Source of the DNA: Chiloscyllium plagiosum
Lineage: Eukaryota
DNA: 64,000 nucleotides
Assembly (NCBI RefSeq): GCF_004010195.1
Contig: NC_057720.1
Coordinates: 33,604,944-33,668,943 of the forward strand
Direction: 5' to 3'
Part shown: one piece after another, positions 13,921 through 25,400 of the stretch
How the letters are laid out: the number at the start of each line of letters is the position of its first letter
How positions within the stretch are numbered: position 1 is the first letter of the stretch
Program-made: the position numbers and the translations under genes
Notes under the pieces: generated by a model
Database searches by the model: none
Told to the model about the DNA's origin: nothing
The model's input: the letters and a program-made list of their open reading frames with translations, nothing else

Positions 13921-15454
13921 CAATGCTTTTCAAAGCAAAGTGTAGTTTCCCCACACCCAGTGCCCAAATATTTATCCCTAAATCATCAGTGATGTGTGCA
14001 TAGGGAGAAGATGGTTCAAATTCAAGTGAATGATTTTCTTGTAGCCTGGAAATTTGAATTAGAAATTCGTTCCATAATACCTCAATGCCCAATGAACTGT
14101 GATGTGAGGTATTTTTAAACTAGGCTTACAATTTTTTCTTTGCTTATCTGCAGGTTTTAACAACTCGATATTGAGACTTGAATCAGCTTAGCAGCTTCCT
14201 CCATCTACTCCAGCTGTCACATGATACTCTAATATTTCAAATAAAATTTCATTATCAGAGATAACGACAGAGCTGGAAAGGGCGTCATAACCATAAATTA
14301 CTTTGCAAACTAAATTACTTCGAAGTGATAAAATTATGTTATCATATTGCTAGACTTTATAGTAGGGAAGGCTCCACTGAGATCCGGTACAGACTGTCAA
14401 AATGCCCTGCCTTTCTGGTTGTCTGCTCGTGTGTTTTTTTCAATACATTGCACAAAACTGCACAGCAGGAATTGGCATGAACTTGGAAGCCTCTGGTTAT
14501 AAAAATGGGGAAAGAAAAATCATAGTAGGTCATTGTTGAATCAATGTAATTATGATCTTGAAATGTGGTCATGTGTCTCTACTTCCAATACAATGGACAC
14601 CCATTGCATTTTGACAACAGTTACACAGCTTCAAAATGTTGAACAGATGTGTCACAACTTGAGGGTGAACCATCTGTATATCCAGTTTAAAGATTAATCT
14701 TTTATTTAGGTTTTTAGATATTACTCTATGTTTTGAATAATTTCCTTTGCTTTTCCAGATTGTCATCGTGATTTAAAGCTGCTGGAAACATAACATTGTC
14801 CTCATTTGAGTTAATTTTGTGCCAAGGACCAGAGGCATATTTAGGTGTCAGGATTTGTTTAAAAGGTATTGATTTGATAACATTTGATGTGAATACGTTC
14901 TTGCTTTCTGATCCTTCTAGTGATACACTACTGCTGACCTTTCAGTTGGCATTGTAAAACAGTGAGCCCATCATGTACATGTCCCAAACTGTGGGACAGG
15001 AGCCTTTTTTAGACTGGGGACAAGTACTCATGCTAATAACAGCATTGCAAAGCTACTCACTCTGCAAACCAACTGAACAGCACCATGCTGCTCTTTAGCG
15101 AAGTATTAATACAATTGATTTTGGTGGTGTCCACAGGGGCAATTGCCAACTGGGAGATCATGAGAACTCCCTTTTCTTCTTTCAGTGGTTCTGTGGGATC
15201 TTTATGACTGCATCGACAGACATGGGGGGATCTTGGTTTAGGATAGCATGTTCGACATTCAAAAATGTTGCATTGGCCACCATTTATATACCCACGTCTG
15301 TTAAACACTTTAGCCTCAAGCTTCAGACTCAAAGATGAGAGTTTTATTTTTAGTTCTTGCATGGGATATTGGTGGGGTTCCTGGCTAAGCAAGTCCATGT
15401 TCTCCTTCTCTAATTGCTCTTGAAAAGGTGGTGGTCAGGAGTCTCTTGAACAGC

Positions 15455-15673
15455 TGCAGTCCATATCTATCAACAGTACTGCTGGGACGCTCAAAGAACA
15501 AAGAACAAAGAAAATTTACAGCCCAGGAACAGGCCCTTTGGCCCTCCAAGCCTGAGCCAATCCAAATTGCAGTCCATATCTATCAACAGTACTGCTGGGA
15601 CGCTCAAAGAACAAAGAAAATTTACAGCCCAGGAACAGGCCCTTTGGCCCTCCAAGCCTGAGCCAATCCAAAT
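15455..15673. repeat. Tandem duplication (113 + 106 bp) spanning the CR1 3' junction
   Basis: 15455-15567 equals 15568-15673 except for one 7-bp tail unit. Confidence 0.95.
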
Positions 15674-15932
15674 CTCCTGTCTAAACCTGTCGGTCAATTC
15701 CTAAGCATCTGTATCCCTCTGCTCTCCACATACTCATGCATTTGTCCAGACGCATCTTAAATGAATCTGCCGTGCCTGCCTCTACCACCTCTGCTGGCAA
15801 CGCGTTCCAGATGCCCACCACCCTCTGTGTGAAGTACTTACCGCGAGTTTCCCCTTTAAACTTTCCACCTCTCACCTTGAAAGCGTGACCTTTCATTACT
15901 GAATCCTTCATCCTGGGAAAAAACTTCTGTCT

Positions 15933-16015
15933 GTAGTCATGGCTGAGTGGTTAAGGCGATGGATTAGAAATCCATTGGGGTTTCCCCACGTAGGTTTGAA
16001 TCCTGCTGACATACG
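15933..16015 (+). tRNA. tRNA-Ser(AGA)-derived copy 1 (probable pseudogene)
   Basis: GTAGTCATGGCTGAGTGGTTAAGGCGATGGATTAGAAATCCATTGGGGTTTCCCCACGTAGGTTTGAATCCTGCTGACATACG aligns end to end with vertebrate tRNA-Ser(AGA). T-loop TTC is changed to TTT and there is an extra A in the 3' acceptor strand. Confidence 0.9.
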
Positions 16016-16028
16016 TTAAGAACTGTCT

Positions 16029-16110
16029 GTAGTCATGGCCGAGTGGTTAAGGCGATGGATTAGAAATCCATTGGGGTTTCCCAAGTAGGTTTGAATCCTG
16101 CTGACATACG
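16029..16110 (+). tRNA. tRNA-Ser(AGA)-derived copy 2 (probable pseudogene)
   Basis: Near-identical to copy 1; AGA anticodon and long variable arm. Confidence 0.9.
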
Positions 16111-16119
16111 TTATTGTCT

Positions 16120-16202
16120 GTAGTCATGGCTGAGTGGTTAAGGCAATGGATTAGAAATCCATTGGGGTTTTCCCAAGTAGGTTTGAATCCTGCTGACATA
16201 CG
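16120..16202 (+). tRNA. tRNA-Ser(AGA)-derived copy 3 (probable pseudogene)
   Basis: Near-identical to copy 1. Confidence 0.9.
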
Positions 16203-16211
16203 TTACTGTCT

Positions 16212-16294
16212 GTAGTCATGGCCGAGTGGTTAAGGCAATGGATTAGAAATCCATTGGGGTTTCCCCAAGTAGGTTTGAATCTTGCTGACATACG
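16212..16294 (+). tRNA. tRNA-Ser(AGA)-derived copy 4 (probable pseudogene)
   Basis: Near-identical to copy 1, with an extra C>T in the T stem. Confidence 0.9.
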
Positions 16295-19099
16295 TTAAGA
16301 ATTTCCTCCTCTATCCACCCTGTCTATACCCTTCATGATTTTGTAAACCTCAATCAGGTCCCCCCTCAATCTCCTTTCTCTAATGAAAATAAACCTAACC
16401 TACTCAACCTTTCTTCATAGCTAGCACCTTCCATACCAGGCAACATCCTCATAAACCTTCTCTGCACCCTCTCCAAAGCGTCTACATCCCTTTGGTAATG
16501 TGGCGACCAGAACTGTACACAGTATTCTAAATGCGGCCGAACCAATGTCTTGTACAATTTTAACATGACTTGCCAGCTCTTATACTCATTACCCCGTCCA
16601 ATGAAGGCAAGCATACTATATGCCTTCTTGACCACTCTATCCACCTGTGCAGCAACCTTCAGGGTAGAATGGACCTGCACTCCCAGATCTCTCTGCCCAT
16701 CAACTTTTCCCAAGGCTCTCTGTTCATTGTATAATTGGCTCTAGAATTAGTCTTGCTAAATGCATCACCTCACATTTGTCTGGATTGAAATCCATCTGCC
16801 ACTTTTTCACTCAACTCTCTAGTCTATCTATATTCTCCTGTATTCTCTGACAGTCCCTTATGCTTTCTGTTACTCCACCAATCTTCATGTCATCTGCAAA
16901 CTTGCTGATCATACCAACAGTGCCCTCTTCCAGATCATTTATGTATATTACAAAAAACAGTGGCCCCAGCACTGACCCCAGTGGAACACCACTGGTCACC
17001 TTACTCCATTTCGAGAAACACCCTTCAACTACTACTCTCTGTCTCCTGTTGCTCAACCAGTTCTTTATCCACCTAGCTAGAACACCCTGCACACCATGTG
17101 ACTTCACTTTCTCCATTAGTCTACCATGGGGAACCTTTTCAACTGCCTTACTAAAATCTATGTATATGACATCAACAGCCCTTCCTTCATCTATCAACTT
17201 GGTCAGTTCCTCGAAGAACTCTATTAAGTTGTTAAGGCACGATCTCCCCTGCACAAAACCATGTTACCTATCACTGATAAGCCCATTCTTGACTAAATAT
17301 AAATAGATTCTATCTCTCAGTACCTTCTCCAGCAACTTTCCCACCACTGACGTCAGGCTCACCAGTCTGTAGTTACCCGGAATATTCCTACTATCCTTCT
17401 TGTACAGGGGGACAACATGAGCAACCCTCCAGTCCTCCGGCACTTCACCTGTATTTAAGGACGCTACAAAGATATCTGTCAGGGTCCCAGCTATTTCCTC
17501 TCTCGCCTCCCTCAGCAACCTGGGATAGATCCCATCCGGTCCTGGGGATTTGTCCACCTTAATGACCTCTAGCATATCCAACACATCTTCCCTACTTATG
17601 TCAACATGATCCAGACTAATCAAACTTCTATCTCTAATTTCAACATTCATCATGTTCCTCTCCTCAGTGAACACTGATGCAAAGTAATCATTCAGAATCT
17701 CACCCATTTTCTCAGGTTCGACACACAGCCTTCCTTCGTTATCCTTTAGTTGACCAATCCTTTCTCTACTTGCCCACTTGCTTCTTATATAAGAATAAAA
17801 TGCTTTGGAATTCTTAATTCTGCTTGCTAAAACTATTTCATGACCCCTTTTAGCCCGCTTGATTCCTCGTTTAAGACTTGTCCGACTCTTCCGATATTCT
17901 TCCAGGGCCCGTTCTATTCTTACCTGCCTAGACCTTATGTATGCTTCCCTTTCCTCTTGGCTAGTCGTACAATTTCTCCTGTCATCCACAGTTCACGAAT
18001 CTTGCCCTTCCTATCCTTAGCCTTCAACGGGACATGCCTATCCTGCACTATCTTTAACCTATCTTTGAAAGCCTCCCACATCTCAAATGTGGACTTTGTT
18101 TCAAATAGCTGGGTCCAATCCACATTTCTGAGCTCCTGCCTAATTTTGATATAATTGGCCTTGGCCCAGTTTAGTATTTTTCCCTTAGGACCACTCTCTC
18201 TTTTTTATCTATGAGTGTTCCGAAACTTACAGAATTGTGGTCACTGTTCCCAAAGAAATCCCCCACCGCAACTCCTGCCACCTGTTCTGTCTCGTTCCTC
18301 AGTACCAGGTCCAATACGGCCCCTTCCCTCATCGGACATACTGCTCTAGAAAACTCTCCTGGACGCTTCTTACAAATTCTACACCAACCAGACTTCTGAC
18401 ATTAGGTGTATCCCAGTTAATGTTGGGAAAATTAAAATCTCCCGTCACTACTACCCTATTGCCTCTACATCCTTCCATAATCTGTTTACCTATTTGTTCT
18501 CACTGTTGGGAGGCGTGTAATACGGCCCCAACAGTGTAACTGCACCCTTCTTATTTCTCAGCTCCACCCATAATGCCTCATTACCCAAGACCTCCATAGT
18601 GTGCTCCTTTAGCACAGCTGTGATATTGCCCTTGACCAGCAATGCAACTCCATCGGCCCCCCACCCCCCCCTCCATTTTACGTCCCTCCCTGTCCTGTCT
18701 GAAATGTCTATATCCTGGAACATTTAGTTGCCAATCATCATGCCCTTCCTTCAATCAAGTCTCTGTGATCGCAATAACATCATACTCCCAGGCACCAAGC
18801 CAAGCCCTAAGTTCATCTGCCTTACACGCTATACTCCTTGCATTAAAGTAGATTCATTTCAGGCCACCAGTTCTTTTGCGCTCATCTGCTCTCTGCCTAC
18901 TCTTCCCTTTATTAATGCTGTCTTCATGATTCTTACAGTCTCCAGTTTTCACCTCGCTGCCTGCTTGTTTTCTCTCTGGTTCCCAGTCCCCTGCCACATT
19001 AGTTTAGCAAAAACTCCCCCAAGGACATTGGTTCCGGTCTGGTTCAGATGTAGACCATCCATTTTGTTATAATCCCACCTTCCTCAGAACCGGTCCCAA

Positions 19100-19880
19100 T
19101 GTCCAACAAATCTGAACCTCTCTCTCCTACACCATCTCCGCCACATGTTCATCCTGCCTATTTTTTCATTTCTACGCTGGCTAGCACGTGGCACTGATAG
19201 TAATCCCGAGATCAGTACCTTTGAGGTCCTCCTCTTTAACTTCGCTCCTCGAGTTCTTCTTTCAAGACTTCATCTCCTTTTGTACTTATATTGTTGGTGC
19301 CTATATGCACCATGACAACTGGCTGTTCACCCTCCCCTTTTAGAATGCACTGCAGTCAATCAGTGACATCCCTGACCCGAGCACCTGGGAGCCAACATAC
19401 CATCTGGGAGTCCCATTTTCGGCCACAGAACCGCCTATCTACTCCCCTCACAATAGAATCCCCTGTGACTATGGCCCTACGAGTCTTTTTCCCACCCTTC
19501 TGAACAGCAGTGCCCGTCACGGTGCCATAATCCTGGCAACTGCTTCCCTCTCCTGGTGAGCCATCTCCCCCAACCGTATACCTTTTTTGGAGGAAGATGA
19601 CATCAGGGGACACCTGCACTGCCTTCCTACTCTTTTTCTGTCTTTTGGTCACCCATTCACTGTCTCCCTCAGCAATTCTAACCTGCGGTGTGACCAGTTC
19701 ACTAAACATGCAATCCACGATCTCCTCAGCATCGCGGATGCTCCACAGTGAGTCCATCCACAGGTCCTGAGCTGTCATGCGGTCAAACAACAGCTGCAGC
19801 TGGAGACACTTCATGCAAGTGTAAGAGTCAGGGACGTCAGACACGTTCCTAAGCTCCCACATCAAGAAGAAGTCTGGCCC
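19100..19880 (-). pseudogene. CR1 ORF1 remnant (Cys motif/leucine zipper plus SGNH/GDSL esterase)
   Basis: CMKCLQLQLL and AIVTGDSIVRGVDRRFCG...VCWLPGARVRDV motifs typical of CR1 ORF1p. Confidence 0.8.
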
Positions 19881-20709
19881 CCTGCCATTGTAAGCTTAGC
19901 TTTATATGAACTAGCTAAACCCAAACGATGCACTTAAATATATGAAAAAGAAAGATAAAGAAAAAAATAAAAGCCTTACCTTACAGAGTCTTTTTCTTCC
20001 AGTTGGCGGGGGTGGGGGGGGGTGGGGAGGGGAGGGGGGAGGGAGATATTACACCTGTAGTATCGCGGGTTTAGCCACTGCCCAAATATAAATTAAACCC
20101 TTACCTTCCCGGCAGCCCTCTCTTCACTCCACCTTCTCTCCTCGCCGCTCTGTCAAAATGGAGCTCATGCCAGGATTTTCATTTGTAACAGTAAGGGAAC
20201 TGTGATCTAGCCCTCAGTTAGGATCAGGCATAGCTTTGAGGGCATCTTGCAAGTGCATGATGATGCCGTACATCTGCTGCCCATGTCCTTTGAGATGTTG
20301 AAGGTCATGGGTTTAGAATGTGCTGGATAAGAATCTTTTATTGACAGCCTTATATAATACAGGTTGCTGCCCTTGCTCTCCAGTGGTGGGAAGACTAAAT
20401 GCTGAAGGAGGTGAAGATTGTCCTGATCAAGTGAGCTGCTTTGTCTGAATGGTGTTAAAACATTGTTGGAGCAGAAATCATTACTACAGATTCCGTCACA
20501 GTCCTTACTTGTAGATGTTGGACAGGTATTGGTGAGTCGGGTGATGCAGAGTTCCAAGCCTCTGACCTGTTTATGTTGCTGGTCCAGTTCAGTTTCTGGT
20601 TGATGGTAACCCCAGGATGTTGATAGTGAGGGATACAGCAGTATTATAGTGTAGTTTTGGTGTTTATCAGTTGGCACAGACATGGTGGACTGAAGGCTGA
20701 AATCAACTA

Positions 20710-20890
20710 GGTAAAAACAAGGACTGCAGATGCTGGAAACCAGAGTCTAGTTTAGAGTGGTGCTGGAAAAGCACAGCAGGTCAGGCAGCATCCAAGAAGC
20801 AGGAAAAATCGACGTTTCGGGCAAAAGCCCTTCATCAAGAATAGATGAAGGGCTTTTGCCCAAAACGTTGATTTTTCCTGCTCCTCAGAC
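20710..20890. mobile_element. PLE terminus forming a 39-bp inverted repeat
   Basis: Arms 20798-20836 and 20844-20882 with a 7-nt loop. Confidence 0.8.
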
Positions 20891-21078
20891 AGTGGGCTGA
20901 AGGGCCTGTTTCTATGCTATATGACTCTAATGCAATTGAATACTAAAGAGATTATTCGAATTCCCTTTGGTGACGACCATTGCCTCGCCCTGGCACACTG
21001 TTACTTGCCACTTAATAGTTGAAGTCAGAATGTTGTCCAAGTCTTGCTGCATATGAACATAGACTACTTTATTATCAC

Positions 21079-22486
21079 ATTCCTGATGAAGAGCTTATGC
21101 TCGAAACATTGAATCTCCTGCTCCTTAGATGCTGCCTAATCTGCTGTGCTTTTCCAGCACCACACGTTTTGACACTGATCTCCAGCCCTCACTTTCTCCT
21201 AGTTGATTATAACCTCATAGTGAAGCCTCTTCCAAGGATATCTCCCTTGAAGAAGTTCTCCTCCTCTGTCTACAAGAATCTCAGTGAGTCTCTCTCACTG
21301 CACCCCCCAGGTCATCACCTCTGCTCTGAAGCTCTTCAGCTAATCCTGAAGCAGACCTGCTACCACAGCCACATCCCCTTCCTCAGTGCCTGCCTACAAA
21401 ACCGACTGATCCTGGATGGACTCCAGGCTACATTCAGGTCATCACAATTTGGACCTAACCAAGACAACCACTACCTGCAGCAAATCCAAAGCCTCCAGAA
21501 ATGGTTCTCCATCTGGATCCTCTGTTTCACGCTCGCAGCCATGCACTGCCACCTACACTCCCTGCAGTCAGCCCTTCCCCAGCTCACGGGCACACTCAGG
21601 GCCAGACCTGCAAAGGACCTCTGCTATTCTTCATCCTGAGAAGCATCCACACACTCAGCAAATGCTTTTTCTCCACCATAACTGCCATCAAGGAATATAG
21701 GTATACTAAACTTTCATGTACTTACCTCCAAACTCAGGATTCCTCGATCATCACAGAACCTTCTCCCAGCCTCCAGAACTGCTCAGATACCGTTAGCCAC
21801 ATGGCAGCTTCAGCCACCACTACCGTGGCAAACAATGACGTCACTTCCGCCCCCCTGCTCCATGGACTGCAGACACTGTTGACTATACAGCCTCAGCAAT
21901 CGCTGCCAACACAACCACCTCTGCGACTGCTACAAAGACCACCGCTGCTGAAACCACCGTGAGGACTATCCAGCATGTCACTTCCATCCCTGTAGTTGCT
22001 GCCTCCTCAGCACCTTCTGCCCCCATCAACATTACTCACTGGAACCCCGCTGAAGACATCGCGGACATCACATGGAACGTCACTTCTGCCCCAGTGGATG
22101 GCACCGAATGCACTGCTTCCACCCCCCAACCCCCATTGTGTGCGTCACCTTCATTGGTGATGTCACCCAACCATATCATAACCACACCCACTCCAGCAAC
22201 AGTCTCTGTCCCCACCCCCAATGCCAGCCCTACACCAGGTCCAAACTCTCAGCCCTTCTGTGTTTTTTACCATCCCCACAGACCTCCCCCCTCACTGGGG
22301 ATGAACGATCAGTCCTCAGTAAAGGCCTCGCCTTCATCCCACTATGCTCCTAGATTAATGAATTCAACAAGCGTTGCGACATCGAACCCATTCCTGATTA
22401 AGATTATGCTCGAAACACTGACTCTCCTGCTCCTCAGATGCTGCCTGACCAGCTGTGCTTTTCCAGCACCATATCTTTTGACTCTG
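21079..22486 (+). mobile_element. Penelope-like element 5' part between two direct pseudo-LTR copies; RT and endonuclease missing
   Basis: Direct repeats at about 21079-21180 and 22390-22486. KQTCYHSHIPFLSACL and LTGDERSVLSKGLAFIP motifs typical of PLE ORF N-termini. Confidence 0.72.
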
Positions 22487-25400
22487 TTTTATTATCTGAG
22501 GAGTTACAAGCAGCGCTGAACATTGTGCAGTAATGAGCAAGCATTTCTACTTCTGACCTTTCATGGAAGGAAGTATGCTGTTCAAGCATCTGAACATTGT
22601 TGGGCCTTGTACATGATCCTGAAAAACTCCTGTGGCAGTTTCCTTGTACTGAGATAATTGGCCTTCACTAATGACAGTCGTCTTCCTTTATGCTTGGTGT
22701 GACACCAATTAATGAAGTGTTCTCTCCCTGATTCTCATTAACTTCAGTTTTGCTAGGAGTAACAACATGTAAAAGGCATCTAGATAGGTTTATAGGGATA
22801 TGGACCAAATGCTGGCAAATGGAACTCAATTAATTTAGGAAAGCTAGTCAGCATGGCAGAGATGTACAGGTCCAACTCGATGATTCTATGATTTTTTGCT
22901 GCTATGTTCTGCCTTTAGCAGCAAGGCATCATTTGACAATCACTCACACTACCCCTGTTGAACTCAGCTCTTTTGTCCATGATTAGACCAAGATGGTGAT
23001 GAAGTCAGGTGCTGAATTATCCAAACTGAGCACCAGGCAAATTGTTATTGTATTACTTAAACGTATTGTCAACAAAACTTTCCAACATGTTGTGATTGCA
23101 AGGATGCTTTAGGGGTGATAGTTTACTGGATTGGACTTGTACAGCTTTTTAAAGAAGGACATTCCTGGAAAACTTTCCACATTGCTGGATAGCTACCAGC
23201 ATGATAGCTGTATTGGAATAGCTTGACTAGGGGTGCAGCAATTTGTGGACCACAAGTCTTCAGTACTATTGCTGGAATGTCGTCAGTATTTAGTGCCGTC
23301 AGCCATTTCTGATTACGTGTGGAGTGAATCAAATTGGCTACAGTGATCATGAGGACCTCAGAGGAGACTGAGATGGATCGTTCTCCTCAGTATTTCTGGC
23401 TGACGACATTTGTATATGCTTCAGCCTTATCCTCAGCACTGATGCGCCGGGGTCCCCCATAATTCAGGACAGGGTTATTTGTGGATCTTATCCCTCCTGT
23501 TAAGAGTTTAATCGTCCATCGCCATTCACAACTGGATTCAGCAGGATTATAGAACTTAGGTCTGATGTCTTGCTGTTACTTATCTCTGTCTATTGCAAGC
23601 TGCTCTTGTTGCTTGGCGTGCAAGCAGTCGTTTCATCAGGCTGACACCTCCTTTTTAGGTTCGTTTGGTGCTGTTCCTGGCAATTCCTTCTGATGATTGT
23701 GCCAAATTGACATTTGGGTTTTAGTTGTACAAAATGTCGAACTTTACCCATCCAAATATTAAAAGTTGGATTTCTTTCACCTATAGAGAGTGTTAATTCA
23801 GAAAGTATATGGAGAAATGTTTCCAAACTTTGTTTGCTAATCCTGACTATTGTTTGGGTTTTGCTTCTAAGCAATATTTGACTTAGAGCTGTCTGATATT
23901 ACTTCTGATTGTAACCTTTATAAGGCAACCGAAGGTTGTTCGTTCTTTGAAGATAAATAGGTTAGTATTTTAATTATTCTGACACCATGTCAACATCATA
24001 TCCCTCTAAACTTGAGCACAGCACAACAGATTGCAGTTAACAATTGACAATTGGAAACAACCTACAGGAGTGATGGTGCCTCTCTTTACCTGCAATGTGA
24101 TCCAGAATCAGATGCCAAATACTGTTCAATTCTTGCTTTGAGACTTGCATGCACCCACGCATGTTTTCTGTTGATTCACTAGTAACTTTCAAAGGGGATT
24201 TGGGTGAACAGCTGAATGGGAAATATTTTCCTGGCAGTGGTGAACATGCAGGAGTTAAGAACTAATCAGTAGCTTTTTTTCAAAGACATGGCACTGACAA
24301 GAATTGGATGACCACCTCTGACCTGTGAGATCTCGTGTAGATACAGCTGAGCCTTTTGGAAGTATATTTCATGAGAATTTTGGAATACTGTAAGAATACT
24401 TTATTCTCCCGATCACACTTCTCTAAGGATGCAGCAGTGGTGGAAGAAGATGCCTGCATAACCCTACACTGAAATCTTCTGTGGCACAAAGCCTTCATCC
24501 CTCCATTCATCCTGCACCTGAACTCTGCCACATGAGAAAGAGATTACTGCCTCAGTCTGTTCATGGAAGTTTTGAAATCGTTAACCTAGAAATGTCTAAA
24601 GTTTCTTCTTGGTGTAAAATATTGACACCGATATCCTCCCCTTTTTTGCACACAATATTATCAAAATTAATTTTTCTACTCTCACATTATCCTCCCAAGA
24701 CTACAGTACAGTTTGCACCACATAAATATATGAACTATCATCAATAGATGTGATCGATGGTTCAAGTTCACTTGTGTCTTGCAAATCTCGCTTATGTAAA
24801 TAAAAATCAATGTATTCTCTGGGCTGTGCGGGTTACAAAAACAGGGGAAAAGCTAATAGATTTTGAGATGATATGTAATAAAATTCTATTTCTACTGATT
24901 AGTAACAGCAGTCATAGACTCAGAGGTATCAGTGAAAGAAGTAGAAGATTTTGGCTATTTAACTATAAGTATCTATTTAATCATTATTTAGTTTAGCATT
25001 TAAAAGATGAGAATTTAATTGGACACAGAGGAAGGGGATAATAATTAAGAGTCTATAGTTATAGTTGAAGGGTTAATACTGGGTATAAGGGAGTAAGGCC
25101 AAATTACCCCCACCTGGACTGCAGGTTTGGCAGACTTATTTCAACATTGATATAAAATATGATATAAAACTTCTCCAATTCAAAACCAAACATTGGGTTT
25201 CATCGAAGTCCACTCTGTGTCACAATTGGTGCCAGTTTAATTAATGTGTGATCATCAAGATAGTATAAATGGCCTGCGCAAGTGACACTCTCTTAATTGA
25301 ATCTGATGTGAATTTGGCACAGGATGGTACAGCATCGTGGTTCAATGTAGTGAGAGGAGTTGGAGGGGCCGAGGGTAGGCATGATTTGATTTCTAGATTT

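Larger units (their letters stand above)
15492..20160 (-). mobile_element. Near full-length CR1-clade LINE (5' UTR, ORF1 esterase, ORF2 endonuclease-RT, 7-bp repeat tail), inactivated
   Basis: Collinear minus-strand ORF pieces: ORF1 (19356-19865), endonuclease (18490-18723), KSPGPDGIYPRLL (17264-17989), RT DFSKA/GSVLGP/FADD (16811-17254), VRPHLEYCVQFWSP (16366-16713), C-terminus (15681-15911). Tail reads (caaagaa)n on the + strand. Confidence 0.93.
20165..23700 (-). mobile_element. Old degenerate LINE (3' end at about 15360-15490) hosting younger insertions
   Basis: DDIPAIVLKTCGPQIAAPLVKLFQYSY in ORF 23123-23350. Its 3' region continues on the other side of the CR1. Confidence 0.65.

Noticed and set aside
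15927..16308. CRISPR-like array or functional tRNA gene cluster
   Set aside because: The repeats are whole tRNA units with near-constant short spacers and there are no cas genes. The broken T-loop/B box, acceptor bulge and missing terminators argue against functional tRNA genes.
21019..22519. Mucin-like host gene from Thr/Ala/Pro-rich ORFs
   Set aside because: Lies between PLE terminal repeats, is frameshifted and is flanked by PLE protein motifs.
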